The notes below the pieces were generated by a model. That model did not search any database. It was not told where the DNA came from and saw only the letters and a list, made by a program, of their open reading frames with translations. DNA of 63,576 nucleotides, filler included, from an uncultured Synergistales bacterium (GTDB taxonomy: Bacteria; Synergistota; Synergistia; Synergistales; Aminobacteriaceae), in assembly GCA_937897575.1 (NCBI GenBank). It is 6 parts of 6 records of this genome, joined end to end, with 100 filler letters (N's around TTAATTAATTAA, not from the genome) between each part and the next. Parts side by side here need not be neighbours in the genome. Positions count along the whole stretch, not along the records: positions 1 to 24,730 come from CALCQG010000119.1; positions 24,831 to 31,915 come from CALCQG010000122.1; 4 more parts are not named here. One strand, given 5' to 3'. Below are positions 18,709 to 29,387 of this stretch, piece by piece; position 1 is the stretch's first letter; each line of letters starts with the position of its first letter. The translations under genes were made by a program, and so were the position numbers.

Positions 18709-21353
18709 CCCTTCGTCATCTGCGTTTCGACCACGCCGGGCAGGGCCTGGAAGACCTTCTCAAGCAGCTCGGGGTTCTTCCCGCCTCCCTGGGCGAGGGC
18801 GGGTCGGCCGCCGCCGCCGCCGCCGAGGATCGCGCACATCTCCTTCATGATCTTCCCGGCCGAGATGCCCTTCTGGATGGCCTTCTCGTCGGCCATGGCG
18901 ACGAGCTGGACGTTCTCCCCCTCGGCGGACGCCAGAAGGATGGCCATGCCGCCCTCGGCCCGCTCGTTCCGGACCCTGTCGCCGATCTCCCTCAGCTGGT
19001 CGGTGGCGACGCCGTGGAAGAGCCCGGAGACAAGGACCACGTCCCCCACAAGGGAGCGGTGCAGCGTTGTTCCCAGGGTGTCGCTCAGCGCCTTGGCCTT
19101 GAGCTCCTCCATCTTTTTCGTGAGGGTCTTCAGCTCGGCCTGGAGCTGCTGCACCCTGGGGATGACATCGGCCTCGTCGGCCGAGAGGATGTCTCCAAGG
19201 GCGCCCATCTCCTCCCAGAGGCGCTGAAAGGCGCGGACCGCCTCCAGCCCGGTGATGGCCGTGATCCTCCTCGTCCCGGATCCGATGCTCTCCTCGCGCA
19301 GGATCTTGAAGGGGCCGATGTCCCCGGAACGCCGAACGTGCAGTCCGCCGCAGAGCTCCGTGGAGAAACCGGGGAGCTGCACGACCCGGACCACGTCGCC
19401 GTACTTCTCCTCGAAGAGCGCTTTCGCGCCCATCTCCCGGGCGTGGGCCATGTCGCTCTCCGTCGTCTCCACAGGCAGGTTCTCCATGATGCGACGGTTG
19501 ACCTCCCGCTCCACCGCGGCAACCTGCTCCCCGGTCATGGCCTCGAAGTGCGTGAAGTCGAACCGGAGGCCCCGGTCCCACACGAGGGAGCCCGACTGGC
19601 GGACGTGGCCACCCAGAATCCGGCAGAGCGCTTCGTGCAGAAGGTGGGTCGCCGTATGGTTCTTTCGTATTCCGTCGCGCCGTTGGGCATCGACCTCGGC
19701 CCGCACGGAGTCGCCGACGGAGAGTGTCCCCGACGTCACGCGCACCGAGTGCACGATCAGGGATTTCCCGTGGTGCTGCGTGTCCGTCACCGTGGCCCGC
19801 CCCTCCGGCGACGATATTGCCCCCTTGTCGCCAACCTCGCCGCCCCGTTCGCCGTAGAAGGGCGTCCGGTCGAGGACGATCTCGCCCTCGGCCCCCTCCT
19901 CGAGGGCGTCCACCTGTGCGCCGTCCTGGATGAGGGCGACGATTGCTCCGTCGGAGGCGTCCTCGTCGTACCCGGTGAAGATCGTTGCCCCTGCACTCTC
20001 GTTCAGGTCCGTGTACACATCCCCCGCGAGGCTGCTGTGCTTTTGCTTGCTCGAGGCCCGCGCCCGTTCCCGCTGGGCGGTCATCTCCCGGTCGAAGGAC
20101 GCCTTGTCCACGGTGAAGCCGCGCTCCTGGGCGATCTCCGACGTCAGCTCGAAGGGAAAGCCGTAGGTGTCGTACAGCGCGAAGGCCACATCGCCGGGGA
20201 GCTCCCTTCGACCCTGCCCCTCGAGCCGGTTCAGCTCGCCGTCCAGCAGGTCCGTCCCCTGAAGAAGGGTCCGGTCGAACCGCTTCTCCTCCACGTCGAT
20301 GATCTGTTCGATGGTGAGCCGGTTGTCCACAAGCTCGCGATAGGGGTCGGCCATCATGGCGAGCACGTCGGGCAGGAACTCCGTCAGGAAGGGGCGGTCC
20401 ACGCCGAGAAGGCGCCCGAACCGGGCGGCCCTCCTCAGGAGACGGCGCAGCACGTACCCACGGCCCTCGTTCGCCGGAAGGATGCCGTCGGCGATCATGA
20501 ACGCCACGGAGCGGACGTGGTCCGAGATGACGCGCATGGCCAGATCCGTCTTGGGGTTCTGCCCGTAGGGGATGCCGCTCATTCGGCTCGCCCTGTCGAT
20601 GTAGGGTTGGAAGAGATCCGTCTCGAAGTCCGTCCTGACCCTCTGGACCACTGAGGTCAGCCGCTCGAGCCCCATGCCCGTGTCGATGTTCTTCTTCGGC
20701 AGCGGCACGAGGGTCCCGTCCTTCTGCAGGTCGAACTGGGTAAAGACGAGGTTCCATATCTCGAGGTACCGGTCGCAGCTGCACCCCGGGGCGCAGTCCG
20801 GTTTTCCGCAGGAGAAAGACAGATCGGGGTCGTAGAGTATCTCGGAGCAGGGCCCGCAGGGCCCCTGATCCCCCATGAACCAGAAGTTCTCGTCCCTGCC
20901 GAACCGGAGTATCCGCTCCTCGGGCATGCCCACGAGCGTGTGCCAGGCATGGAAGGCCTCTTCGTCATCCTTGTAGATTGTGGCGTACATCCGGTCCCCC
21001 TCGAGGCCGATCACCTCGGTGAGGAAGGTCCAGCCCCAGCGCACCGCTTCGTTCTTGAAGTAGTCGCCCCAGGCGAAGTTCCCCAGCATCTCGAAGAAGG
21101 TGTGGTGCCTCGCCGTGCGGCCCACGTTGTCGATGTCGTTCGTCCGGACGCACTTCTGGGCCGTGACGGCCCGGGGCGTCTCCGGCTTCTCTATCCCGAG
21201 GTAGTAGGGCTTGAAGGGGACCATCCCCGCGATGGTGAAAAGCAGCGACGGATCGTCGGGCACGAGGGAGAAGCTCGGGTAGTGCCGACTCCCCTTGGAC
21301 TTCCAGAATTCGATGAACAGCGACCGTATATCCCTGCCTGATCTCCACTCCAT
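18705..21353 (-). CDS. alaS: Alanine--tRNA ligase
   Basis: RHHTFFEMLGNF, DTGMGLER, NHTATHLL, ELCGGLHV, GGGGRP. Confidence 0.98.
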   Translation of the reverse strand: MEWRSGRDIRSLFIEFWKSKGSRHYPSFSLVPDDPSLLFTIAGMVPFKPYYLGIEKPETPRAVTAQKCVRTNDIDNVGRTARHHTFFEMLGNFAWGDYFKNEAVRWGWTFLTEVIGLEGDRMYATIYKDDEEAFHAWHTLVGMPEERILRFGRDENFWFMGDQGPCGPCSEILYDPDLSFSCGKPDCAPGCSCDRYLEIWNLVFTQFDLQKDGTLVPLPKKNIDTGMGLERLTSVVQRVRTDFETDLFQPYIDRASRMSGIPYGQNPKTDLAMRVISDHVRSVAFMIADGILPANEGRGYVLRRLLRRAARFGRLLGVDRPFLTEFLPDVLAMMADPYRELVDNRLTIEQIIDVEEKRFDRTLLQGTDLLDGELNRLEGQGRRELPGDVAFALYDTYGFPFELTSEIAQERGFTVDKASFDREMTAQRERARASSKQKHSSLAGDVYTDLNESAGATIFTGYDEDASDGAIVALIQDGAQVDALEEGAEGEIVLDRTPFYGERGGEVGDKGAISSPEGRATVTDTQHHGKSLIVHSVRVTSGTLSVGDSVRAEVDAQRRDGIRKNHTATHLLHEALCRILGGHVRQSGSLVWDRGLRFDFTHFEAMTGEQVAAVEREVNRRIMENLPVETTESDMAHAREMGAKALFEEKYGDVVRVVQLPGFSTELCGGLHVRRSGDIGPFKILREESIGSGTRRITAITGLEAVRAFQRLWEEMGALGDILSADEADVIPRVQQLQAELKTLTKKMEELKAKALSDTLGTTLHRSLVGDVVLVSGLFHGVATDQLREIGDRVRNERAEGGMAILLASAEGENVQLVAMADEKAIQKGISAGKIMKEMCAILGGGGGGRPALAQGGGKNPELLEKVFQALPGVVETQMTKG

Positions 21354-21410
21354 ACCTTTACCCTCCCTGATCTGCCCGTCTCCCGCACCGTTGCCGAGAA
21401 GAGCGGCCTG

Positions 21411-22688
21411 CTACCCCAGAAGATTATCTCGCATCTCCCTCGCCTTGGCGAGGATTTTTTCGCGATCCACCCCCGGATAGGTCCCGTTGCGATAGATCCA
21501 TCGCCCGGCGACCATTGTACACCGAACGTCCGCGGAGCTTCCCGCATAGACGAGGAAGGGAAGGATGTTCTCCTCGGAGACGCCGAGGTACTGCGGCCCG
21601 TCGAGGTCCACGAGGACCAGGTCGGCGGCCCACCCCTCCCGGATGAACCCCTTCTTCCTGAAGCCGAGGGCCTCGGCCCCTCCGTAGGTTGCCATTCGCA
21701 ACGCCTGCCGGGCCGACACCACCGTGGCGTCCCGTCTCTGCCCCTTGTGCAGCACGGAGGCGCTTCGCATCTCGCCCCACAGGTCGAGGCGATTGTTGCT
21801 CGCCGCCCCGTCCGTCCCGAGGGCGATCCTGTCCGTCCGCCCCAGGAGTCCGGGGAGGTCCATCACGCCGCTGCCGAGCTTCAGGTTGCTGTTCGGGTTG
21901 TGGGCGATGGACAGGGCGTCGAGGTTCAGCCCCGCCAGGTCTTCGGGGGAGAGCCACACGCAGTGGGCAAGGAGCGCCCCCGGAGCCTCGAGGATACCGG
22001 AGGCCTCGAGGTACTCCGCCGGCGTCATGCCAAATTCGTCCTTCAGGTACCCGAGCTCCCACTCCGTCTCGAGGAAGTGGACGTGCACGGCAAGGCCGCG
22101 CGCGGCCGCCTCGGCCGTGATCTCCTTCATCAGAGGCAGGGGGACCGTGTAGGGGGCATGAGGTCCCAGTTGGACGGACACGAAGTCCCCGTGTTCCTTC
22201 CATGTTTCGGCGAGACGCAGGCCGTCGTCGAACTTCCACCGTTCGTCGCCGACGATCCCCCGACAGGGGGCGCACCGCACCCCCGCCTCGAGGGACGCTT
22301 CCACCACCGCGTCCATCTCGAAGTACATGTCGCCGAAGGCCGTCGTGCCGCCCGAGACCATCTCGAGCAGCGCAAGGCGCGTCCCCCACAGGACGTGCTC
22401 CTTCCGCAGCTTCGCCTCCACGGGCCAGATTTTGGTCTGGAGCCACTCCATGAGGGGGGCCTCCTCGCCGATGCCCCGGAGCAGCGACATGGCGGCGTGG
22501 CTGTGGGCGTTCACGAACCCCGGGATCAAGGCCATCCGCCCCCGCCCGTCGACGGTCTCGTCGGCCTTCTCCCCGCTCTCCGGCGGGAGCAGCGCGGCGA
22601 TCTTCCCGTCAGCCACGAGCACCGAGCCGCAACGCCCCCGGTCCATGGAGCCGTCGCAGATCAGGACGTTCTTCAGCAGCGTGGTCAT
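21411..22688 (-). CDS. mtaD: MTA/SAH deaminase-like amidohydrolase
   Basis: PGFVNAHSH, GPHAPYT, HFLET, AHCV, SNLKL, LGTDGAASNN; adjacent to ahcY and mtnA. Confidence 0.85.
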   Translation of the reverse strand: MTTLLKNVLICDGSMDRGRCGSVLVADGKIAALLPPESGEKADETVDGRGRMALIPGFVNAHSHAAMSLLRGIGEEAPLMEWLQTKIWPVEAKLRKEHVLWGTRLALLEMVSGGTTAFGDMYFEMDAVVEASLEAGVRCAPCRGIVGDERWKFDDGLRLAETWKEHGDFVSVQLGPHAPYTVPLPLMKEITAEAAARGLAVHVHFLETEWELGYLKDEFGMTPAEYLEASGILEAPGALLAHCVWLSPEDLAGLNLDALSIAHNPNSNLKLGSGVMDLPGLLGRTDRIALGTDGAASNNRLDLWGEMRSASVLHKGQRRDATVVSARQALRMATYGGAEALGFRKKGFIREGWAADLVLVDLDGPQYLGVSEENILPFLVYAGSSADVRCTMVAGRWIYRNGTYPGVDREKILAKAREMRDNLLG

Positions 22689-22689
22689 G

Positions 22690-23931
22690 TTACTCCCTCC
22701 AGCTCCTCATGTACGCCTCCTGCTCCTCCGTCATCCGGTCGATGACGAGGCCGAGGGAGGCCAGCTTGGCCTCCACGACGGCCCGGTCGATCTCCGGCGG
22801 GACGTCGTGCAGCCCGGGCTCCATGGCGTTGTTCGCCACGTAGATGGCCGCCTCGAGCTGCAGCGCGAAGCTCAGGTCCATGATCTCGATGGGGTGTCCG
22901 TCGGCACAGGCGAGGTTCACCAAGCGCCCCTCGCCGAGGAGGTGCATCCGCCGCCCGTCGGCCAGCGTGTACGTCGTGACGCCGGGCCGCGACTCCTCCA
23001 CGGATGAAGAGAGTCCCTGCAGATCGCTCTTGCATATCTCCACGTCGAAGTGCCCCGCGTTGCCGAGGAGGACGCCGTCCTTCATCCGCTCGAAGTGTTC
23101 CCGCCGTATGACCCGCGTGTTGCCCGTGAAGGTCAGGAAGATATCCCCGCGCCCCGCCGCCTCGGCCATGGGCAGGACGTCATACCCGTCCATGACGGCC
23201 TCGAACGCCCGATGCGGGTCCACCTCCACCACGGCGACCCGTGCCCCCATCCCCGAAGCCCTCATGGCAAAACCCCGGCCGCACCAGCCGTAGCCCACCA
23301 CCACCACGGTCTTGCCCGCGATGAGGAGGTTCGTCGTCCGAAGCAGCCCGTCCAGGACGGACTGCCCCGTTCCGTAGCGGTTGTCGAAGAGGTACTTGCT
23401 CTTGGCGTCGTTCACGGCGATCACGGGGAAGGCGAGCACCCCCTCCCGCTCCATGGCCCGCAGGCGTTTCACGCCCGACGTGGTCTCCTCCGATCCGCCC
23501 CGCACTCTCGGGAGCTCGTCTCTCATCTCGCTGTGCAGCATGGCCACGAGGTCCGCCCCGTCATCCACCACGATGGTCGGCCCGGCGGACAGCGTCCTCC
23601 GGAGGTTGCCCTCGTACTCGGCCATGTCCATGCCGTGGCGGCTGAACACGGAGACGCCGCGCCGGACCAGCGCCGCACAGACGTCGTCCTGGGTCGAGAG
23701 CGGGTTGCTCCCCGAGGCGAACACGGAGGCGCCGAGCTCCTTCAGCACAAGGAGCAGGCAGGCCGTCTTCGCCTCGAGATGGAGACAGGCCGAGAGGACC
23801 GTTCCGGCGAGCGGCCGGTTCCGGCGGTATCGCTCCTCAAGATGGCGGAGCACCGGCATGGCGCTCCAGGCCCATTCGATCTTCCTGTCCCCCGACGGGG
23901 CCAGGGCCGGGTCGGCAATTCTGCTATCCAT
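22690..23931 (-). CDS. ahcY: Adenosylhomocysteinase (short type, HLEAKT signature)
   Basis: SNPLSTQD, EETTSG, FDNRYGTGQS, GYGWCG, GHFDVE, GHP. Confidence 0.95.
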   Translation of the reverse strand: MDSRIADPALAPSGDRKIEWAWSAMPVLRHLEERYRRNRPLAGTVLSACLHLEAKTACLLLVLKELGASVFASGSNPLSTQDDVCAALVRRGVSVFSRHGMDMAEYEGNLRRTLSAGPTIVVDDGADLVAMLHSEMRDELPRVRGGSEETTSGVKRLRAMEREGVLAFPVIAVNDAKSKYLFDNRYGTGQSVLDGLLRTTNLLIAGKTVVVVGYGWCGRGFAMRASGMGARVAVVEVDPHRAFEAVMDGYDVLPMAEAAGRGDIFLTFTGNTRVIRREHFERMKDGVLLGNAGHFDVEICKSDLQGLSSSVEESRPGVTTYTLADGRRMHLLGEGRLVNLACADGHPIEIMDLSFALQLEAAIYVANNAMEPGLHDVPPEIDRAVVEAKLASLGLVIDRMTEEQEAYMRSWRE

Positions 23932-23935
23932 GAAA

Positions 23936-24730
23936 TCAGTCCTTTCCCGCCAGGAGGGCGGCAATTTTTCCGTCGTAGGGAGGCGTGAGAACGCCTCGCT
24001 CCGTCACGATCGCAGAGACGAGCGCGGCCCCGGTCACATCGAAGGCCGGGTTCCACACCCTGTAGTTCGCCGGCAACACTCCGGCTCCGGGCAGGCGAAG
24101 CATCTCCTCCGGCGCTCGCTCCTCTATGGGGATGGCCTCCCCCGACGGGAGGTTTCCGTCTATGGTGCTGAGCGGGGCCGCCACGTAGAAGGGGATGCCG
24201 TGATGGTGCGCGAGAACGGCGAGCCCGTAGGTCCCGATCTTGTTCGCCGTGTCGCCGTTGGCCGCGATCCGATCGGCGCCCACGAGGACGGCGTCGATGC
24301 CGCCCCTCTTCATCAGAGCCGCCGCCATGCTGTCGCACACCATGGTCACGGGGATGCCCTCCTGGAGAAGCTCCCACACGGTGAGTCGGGCGCCCTGCAG
24401 AAGCGGCCTCGTCTCGCAGGAGAAGACCGTGACCTCTTTGCCCGCCTCCCGGGCGGACCGGATCACCCCGAGGGCCGTCCCGTGGCCCCCCGTGGCGAGG
24501 GCACCGGCATTGCAGTGCGTCAGGACGGAGCAGCGCTCCGGGAGAAGCTCGGCGCCGAACTTTCCGATTGACCGGTTGCACGCCACGTCCTCCTGAAGGA
24601 TATGTCCGGCCTCCTCGAGGAGTCCGGCGGCGAGGCCGTCATCGGGCAGGGCATCCGCCCGGCACATCATCCGGTCGAGGGCCCAGAAGAGGTTCACCGC
24701 CGTGGGGCGGGTCCTCCTGAGCCGCTCCAC
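23936..24730 (-). CDS. mtnA: Methylthioribose-1-phosphate isomerase, 5' truncated by contig end
   Basis: [48 protein letters not shown]. Confidence 0.93.
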   Translation of the reverse strand: MERLRRTRPTAVNLFWALDRMMCRADALPDDGLAAGLLEEAGHILQEDVACNRSIGKFGAELLPERCSVLTHCNAGALATGGHGTALGVIRSAREAGKEVTVFSCETRPLLQGARLTVWELLQEGIPVTMVCDSMAAALMKRGGIDAVLVGADRIAANGDTANKIGTYGLAVLAHHHGIPFYVAAPLSTIDGNLPSGEAIPIEERAPEEMLRLPGAGVLPANYRVWNPAFDVTGAALVSAIVTERGVLTPPYDGKIAALLAGKD

Positions 24731-24830
24731 NNNNNNNNNNNNNNNNNNNNNNNNNNNNNNNNNNNNNNNNNNNNTTAATTAATTAANNNNNNNNNNNNNN
24801 NNNNNNNNNNNNNNNNNNNNNNNNNNNNNN
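24731..24830. other. Artificial contig linker
   Basis: N-run with central TTAATTAATTAA (stops in all six frames), 100 nt total. Confidence 0.97.
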
Positions 24831-24979
24831 ATGATCACGCTCGCCACGACGACCCGGACGGACCCCACGGTGAGCGGCGGCGTCCCGGCCGGCGTCAGGG
24901 CCTGGAGCAGCCCCGTCGTCCCCCAGAGCGCCCCGGCCATCAGGACGAAGGCGACGCTCACCCCCTGCTTCTTCCCCAT
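24831..24979 (-). CDS. EamA/DMT family transporter, N-terminal fragment
   Basis: VLMAGALWGTTG...PLTVGSVRVVVA resembles the first EamA helices; truncated by the gap. Confidence 0.7.
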
Positions 24980-25381
24980 GGACTCCACCCTCTCGTGAAA
25001 ATCATCCCCGCTCGCCCATTGTACCCGGAAAAACGCGACGATGCGAAGGGGACGGCCCCTCTTTCGGAACTGCTGCAGAGTATTTCTTGTCACCTCGTGG
25101 AGCGTCGTCACCATGAGTCGACGGTGCGCCCTGGTATGGCCGAAGGGTGCCGGTCTGGCTCCGGCCCAGGGCTCACAAACCGTCACCGTCGGACCGACGG
25201 TGACGCGGCGATCAGGGTGGCGCTCTTGAATGGCCCTCTGACGTTGCGCCCCCGCACTGGAGGGGCATCGTGTCTGAACGACCGAGTCCTCGCGCCGCAA
25301 GGACTCGGCGAGGGTTTTCAGGGGCCTTCCGCGCCGAATAGAAGTTGGAGAACGCTCCCGTTCCGTCGGTCCATCGCCCTC

Positions 25382-25433
25382 TTGACACTATTTTTCGAAG
25401 GTATATTCTTATATCCGCATAGGCAGTTATGCG
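25382..25433 (+). promoter_or_regulatory. Sigma70 promoter and probable ArsR operator of the ars operon
   Basis: TTGACA(25382-87)-N16-TATTCT(25404-09); inverted repeat CGCATA-N6-TATGCG (25416-25433) near the predicted start site. Confidence 0.65.
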
Positions 25434-25633
25434 TCTCAGGAGGCGCGATTGCGGCTCAAAGGAGAGTAATCGGACCGTTCTCGCATTCCCTTGCGCTCTG
25501 CGCCCTTTCGCGTCGAGCGACAGAAACTCCTGTCGAAGGGTATCGTCCGGCTCTTCCGGGGAGGCTCCGTTCCCTTGAACGTCCTTCCGCCTCCGCCCTC
25601 GCGCCCCCTGAGAGCGGGAAAGGGGAATGATCC

Positions 25634-25984
25634 ATGCACGATCTGGTCGAACTGTTCAAGGCCCTTGCCGATGAAACACGGCTGCGCATCCTGAATCTCT
25701 TGTACGAGCGGGAACTCTGCGTCTGCGACGTCATGGCGGTGCTCGACATCCCGCAGTCCAAGGCGTCTCGCCACCTGATCGCGCTGAAGCGCGTCGGTTT
25801 GGCGACGGACCGGCGGGAGGCGCAGTGGATGTATTACTCTCTGGTCCGGGAAAAAGAGACGCGCCTCATCGAGGAGTGCGTCGTCGGCCGACTTCGCGGC
25901 GATGATCGATATATCAGGGATCTGCGGCTGCTGGACGACAGGCTGAACGAAAAGGAGTGCCCCTGCGGGCGGAATGCGCCCTGA
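25634..25984 (+). CDS. arsR: ArsR/SmtB transcriptional repressor
   Basis: FKALADETRLRIL, ELCVCD As(III)-binding motif, SRHL, YYSL. Confidence 0.93.
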   Translation: MHDLVELFKALADETRLRILNLLYERELCVCDVMAVLDIPQSKASRHLIALKRVGLATDRREAQWMYYSLVREKETRLIEECVVGRLRGDDRYIRDLRLLDDRLNEKECPCGRNAP

Positions 25985-26002
25985 AAAAGGAGGAGGAGCG
26001 GG

Positions 26003-26776
26003 ATGGATATACGCAGAGTTGTGAAGGACGCCTACGGAGCGGCCATCGATCGCACGGGACAGTGCTGCGGAGGAGACGGCGACAGCCGGTGTATGACGAC
26101 GGGCAACTACGATAAGGCGGTGACGTCCGCTCCCGAAGATATCATCGGGCAGTCCTTCGGATGCGGCAACCCGATTCAGGCGGCGTCGTTGCGGAAGGGG
26201 GAACGGGTTCTCGACCTTGGCAGCGGCGCGGGGCTCGACCTGGTCCTGGCCTCGAAGGCCGTGGGGGAGACGGGCCACGTCTACGGCCTCGACATGACGC
26301 CCGCCATGCTGAGCCAGGCGCGGAGGAACATCGATCGGCTGGGGCTGAGGAACGTCACGTTGCTGCGGGGCTACATCGAGGACGTGCCGCTCCACGACGG
26401 CGGCGTCGATGTCCTGATCTCGAACTGCGTCATCAATCTCTCGCCGGACAAGGACCGGGTCTTTGCCGAGGCCTACCGAGTGCTGACACCCGGTGGACGT
26501 TTCTGCGTGTCCGACGTGGTCCTGCTCAAACCTGTCCCTGAACGATTGAAAGAGGACCCTGCCGCATGGTCGGGGTGAGTGGCCGGGGCTCTTCCGTCGG
26601 AGGAGTACCGATCGAAGCTGGAGCGAGCGGGATTTCGCGACGTGACCGTCACGATCACGAAGCCCTATGCGCTGAACATGGAGGTTATGCGGAGCGCCTT
26701 CGAGGCTTCGTCCTCCGCCGACTACGAGGCCATGGAGGGTATCTCGGCGAGTGCCCTGATAACGGCGTTGCGATAG
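26003..26776 (+). CDS. arsM: Arsenite S-adenosylmethionine methyltransferase, predicted selenoprotein (UGA at 26576-26578)
   Basis: CC, SFGCGNP, LDLGSGAG, SNCVIN; WSG-UGA-VAGAL aligns with the family WxGCxAGAL motif; frame stays open to TAG 26776. Confidence 0.85.
26584..26610 (+). promoter_or_regulatory. SECIS-like hairpin 3' of the arsM UGA
   Basis: CTCTTCC-GTC-GGAGGAG core stem; G-initiated loop begins 18 nt after UGA. Confidence 0.6.
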
Positions 26777-26960
26777 ATGGCCAAAGGCCCGCCACCGGGG
26801 CGAGGGAGAGAGGACCCGATGGGCTGCTTCGGCGGATCGTACGGGTCGTCCATCCGCCGGCCCCGCTCGGGGCGGACGGGGTGATGCCGGTGCGCCGCTT
26901 TCGGACCGCCGGCGTCGAAGAGGGCCGCACGGGCTGTGCACAGAGGAAGGGGGAGAGACC

Positions 26961-27362
26961 ATGAAGAAGATTATCTTTGTATGTGTCCATAACTCCGGAC
27001 GCTCCCAGATGGCCGAGGCGTTCGCCGAGCGTCTCGGGTCGGGACGAATCGTCGCCGAGTCGGCAGGGACGAAGCCCTCGAGCACGGGGCTGAACCCCGT
27101 CGTGGTCGAGGCCATGAGGGAGATCGGCTACGACATGAGCGGTCATCACCCGAAGATGCTGACCTTCGAGATGCTGGAATCCGCCGATAAGGCGATAACC
27201 ATGGGGTGCGGGGTCGACGCGGCGTCCTGTCCCGCCGCCCTTGTCCCAATGGAGGACTGGGCGCTTGACGACCCGAAGGGGAAGGGTATCGAGGCCGTTC
27301 GGGTGATCCGCGACGAAATCCGGGAGCGGGTCGAGCGGCTGATCGCCGATATGACCCCGTAG
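26961..27362 (+). CDS. arsC: Arsenate reductase, LMW-PTP (thioredoxin-coupled) family
   Basis: FVCVHNSGRSQMAE, SAGT, TMGCG, CP, WALDDP. Confidence 0.9.
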   Translation: MKKIIFVCVHNSGRSQMAEAFAERLGSGRIVAESAGTKPSSTGLNPVVVEAMREIGYDMSGHHPKMLTFEMLESADKAITMGCGVDAASCPAALVPMEDWALDDPKGKGIEAVRVIRDEIRERVERLIADMTP

Positions 27363-27481
27363 CGTGGACAGAGCGGGGAACGGCGTGCGCCGCGAGCGAT
27401 TCTCGCCCGACGAACGCCCTCCCGAAACAAGAGGGGACTGGGCGACGAACAGGGGAGGCCGGGGAGACGGGACGGCCTCCC

Positions 27482-28685
27482 TTACTCGTACCGCAGGGCC
27501 TCGATGGGGTTGAGCAGCGAGGCTTTCCAGGCCGGGTAGAAGCCGAAGAAGATGCCGACGAAGACGGAGAAGCCGAAGGCGAGCACCACGGAGCCCGAGG
27601 AGACCTCCGTGGCCCAGCCGAGGGCGCCCGTGACGGTGTGGGAGGCGAGGATCCCCAGGAGGATGCCGATGATGCCCCCCGCGATGGAGAGGAGCAGCGC
27701 CTCCATGAGGAACTGGGTCCGGATCTTCGAGCTCCGCGCCCCGATGGCCATCCGGATGCCGATCTCCCTCGTCCGCTCCGTCACCGAGACGAGCATGATG
27801 TTCATGATACCGATGCCCCCCACGAGGAGGGAGACGGACGCCACGGCCCCCAGCAGGAGGGACATGACCCGGGAGGACTGACGCGCGGCGTCGAGCATCT
27901 GGGCCATGTTCCGGACGTCGAAGTCGTCCTCCCGTCCGTCGCCGATCCTGTGGCGCTGCCGCAGAATGGATTTGACCTCCCGCTCGGCAGCCTCCACGGA
28001 GGCGTTGTCGACGGCGGCCACGGTGATGCGCTGAACGGAGTTGGCGATGCCGCGCCGGAAGAGCCGGTTCTGCGCCGTCCTGAAGGGGACGAAGACCGTG
28101 TCGTCCTGGTCCTGCCCCCAGGGCGTCTGGCCTTTGGGCGCCAGGACGCCTATGACCTCCACGGGGACGTTGCGGATCCGAACGGTCTTCCCGACGGGGT
28201 CCTCGCCGCCGAAGAGGTTTCTCGCCAAGGTGTCGCCGATGACGGCCACCTTGGCCCCCGATTTGTTCTCGCCGTCCAGGAAGAATCGCCCTGCGGCGAC
28301 GGTCCACTCCCGGATGTCGAAGATGTCGGAGGTGCTCCCCGTCACGGTGGTGGACCAGTTCAGGTTGCCGTAGATGATCTGGGCGCGGCTGTAGACCTCG
28401 GGCGCCACGCCCCGGAGGTCGAAGGCTTCGCGCTTCAGGGCGTCGGCGTCCTCCACGGTGAGCGTCGACGACGACCCGATCTGCTGGCGCACGCCCCCCG
28501 CCGAGCTCGCCCCCGGCATAACGATGAGGATGTTGCTCCCGACGCCCGATATGTACTGGGCGATGTTCTTGCTCGCCCCGGCGCCTATGGCCACCATGGT
28601 GATGACGGCTCCCACGCCGATGATGATCCCCAGCATGGTGAGGGCCGACCGGATCTTGTTCGACAGCAGAGAACGGACGGCGGTT

Positions 28686-28702
<17 letters not shown>
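27482..28702 (-). CDS. MacB-like ABC transporter permease
   Basis: [55 protein letters not shown]. Confidence 0.93.

Positions 28703-29383
<681 letters not shown>

Positions 29384-29387
<4 letters not shown>

Noticed and set aside
26777..26960. Third selenoprotein between arsM and arsC (..RTG-UGA-CRC..)
   Set aside because: No recognisable homology or coding bias, and read-through is not in frame with arsC.
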